Assembly (NCBI GenBank): GCA_002633005.1
Contig: NMRA01000227.1
Span: forward strand, 1 to 64,000
Origin: Phoronis australis
Taxonomy: Eukaryota > Animalia > Phoronida
DNA length: 64,000 nt
Direction: 5' to 3'
Shown here: piece by piece, positions 62,829 through 64,000 of the stretch
Position numbering within the stretch: position 1 is the stretch's first letter
Layout of the letters: each line of letters opens with the position of its first letter
Made by a program: the position numbers and the translations under genes
The notes under the pieces: generated by a model
Seen by the model: the letters and a program-made list of their open reading frames with translations, nothing else
Told to the model about the DNA's origin: nothing
Database searches by the model: none

Positions 62829-63411
62829 ACTTAGTCTTTAAATTAGGGGTGTTGCATGAAAAGAACCGAACTTATTTTCAATAATACTGAGAATTCAATG
62901 TAGAATTCACCCTCAATTTGTATCAAAGACAAAAATTGACTTAGCACTGAGACTCAAACAGCATGAGACAATCCGTATTTTCACAAGCCCAAAAATACGC
63001 AGTAGATTTAGGTAACTTAGTTGAGTACCTATCTGGGACTGTTTCAAGCAACTGAGACTGGCTGCAAAATGTGCTTAAATTTTCTTTTCCATGTTTCATC
63101 ACACAAAAAAATTCCATTGAATAGCTGTGGAGAGTTGAGTCCATTTTGAGTAAAGTTTGGTGGTCTACATTTCAAACGTGCACCACAGTGGCAAAACTGA
63201 AGACTGATGTTTTAACAAACAACAGCCCCACCTAGCACACAGCAGTCATAGACAGCAATATCCCCTGTTGAAGTTCCTGTAAGTAACTTTTCAACAGTTC
63301 AGTGGAAATGGTACAGAAATGACCATGAACCTATTGCTAATTCACACCATCATTTGCAAGACTGGAAAGTAGGGAAACAATCATGCGTTTCTAATGACAC
63401 GGGTATGAATG

Positions 63412-63555
63412 GTACAGACAAGTACACGCCTGGCATGTCTTAATACAGACATGTACATGACTGGCATGTCTTAATACAGACATGTACATGACTGGCATGT
63501 CTTAATACAGACACGTACATGACTGGCATGCGTCTTAATACAGACACGTACATGC
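63412..63555. repeat. Minisatellite, ~31-bp unit, ~4-5 copies
   Basis: Unit TACAGACATGTACATGACTGGCATGTCTTAA. Confidence 0.85.
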
Positions 63556-63646
63556 ACATGGCACAGATAAGTAGATGCATAGCATGTGTCTATATACAGA
63601 CAAGCACATGCATGTCATGTGTTTAAATAGAGCAGCATTAACTCAC

Positions 63647-63830
63647 TTCCAGTTTGTCAGGCAGTTTATGAACACTTTCCTCGGCATCAGAACTACCCAT
63701 GTCAGAGTCAGATTCATCAAATTCTAGGAGCTCTTGGTCTTCTTTCTGTAGAAACTCATAGAATTCCGGGTCCTTTTCTTTAAGTTTCTCAAGCGACTGT
63801 TTGTGTTTAGATGTTTTTGCCTTGGTGGAA
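63647..63830 (-). CDS. NOC2L: NOC2L exon (most 5' exon visible)
   Basis: STKAKTSKHKQSLEKLKEKDPEFYEFLQKEDQELLEFDESDSDMGSSDAEESVHKLPDKLE; acceptor TTTTTTGCAG, donor GTGAGT. Confidence 0.93.
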
Positions 63831-64000
63831 CTGCAAAAAAAGTGTTTTTCTCCTACATATGAATCAATTCCAAGGACAATAATCGATGTGTATGGGATCT
63901 GCATGAATGAAATATAAGTGACCATATTGTAACGTGACATTAAATAAATACAACATACATAAACACATTTAATGTTAAACTTCACTTTTAAAGTCTATAT

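Larger units (their letters stand above)
61530..63058. mobile_element. Family D MITE interrupted by a Penelope-like insertion
   Basis: Ends GGCCAGTTGCATGAAACAGTCCC / GGGACTGTTTCAAGCAACTG. The MITE body resumes at ~62828, with GACTTAGTCTTT on both sides of the insert. Confidence 0.75.
34870..63830 (-). other. NOC2L: NOC2L gene span (nucleolar complex protein 2 homolog), 16 visible coding exons, ~706 codons, 5' end outside the window
   Basis: All exons have GT-AG boundaries with matching phases. The peptide matches the Noc2 family ([75 protein letters not shown]). Confidence 0.95.

Noticed and set aside
35042-63646. Intronic snoRNAs in NOC2L
   Set aside because: No convincing C/D box pair with a terminal stem or H/ACA layout was found by eye; a snoscan/Infernal run would be needed to exclude them.

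Overview
This is eukaryotic genomic DNA, AT-rich and repeat-rich, from an invertebrate (the repeat types are compatible with a mollusc or other lophotrochozoan, but this is inference). It is a scaffold with one long N gap (15290-15937) and two single-N joins (12913, 62105). Three host genes are visible: (1) a + strand NHL-repeat beta-propeller gene with at least 3 coding exons (14227-19519); (2) a + strand ankyrin-repeat/SOCS-box (ASB-type) gene with one coding exon (30975-32195) and a probable non-coding first exon near 28500; (3) NOC2L on the - strand, 16 phase-consistent coding exons from 63830 to 34870, with its 5' end beyond the window. Mobile DNA includes a Kolobok-like THAP remnant with ~290-bp inverted ends, a decayed DIRS/Ngaro retrotransposon inside a TIR element, Helentron-associated (HINE-like) elements, hAT-like MITEs with 5- and 6-bp TSDs, and a Penelope GIY-YIG remnant with a hammerhead-ribozyme motif. 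The most striking unexplained patterns are CTCF-like motifs spaced ~145 bp apart inside one dispersed element family, a 17-copy intronic array of a CTCF-like motif, and unrelated minisatellites that repeatedly start just downstream of NOC2L splice donors. All calls were made by eye, without database searches.
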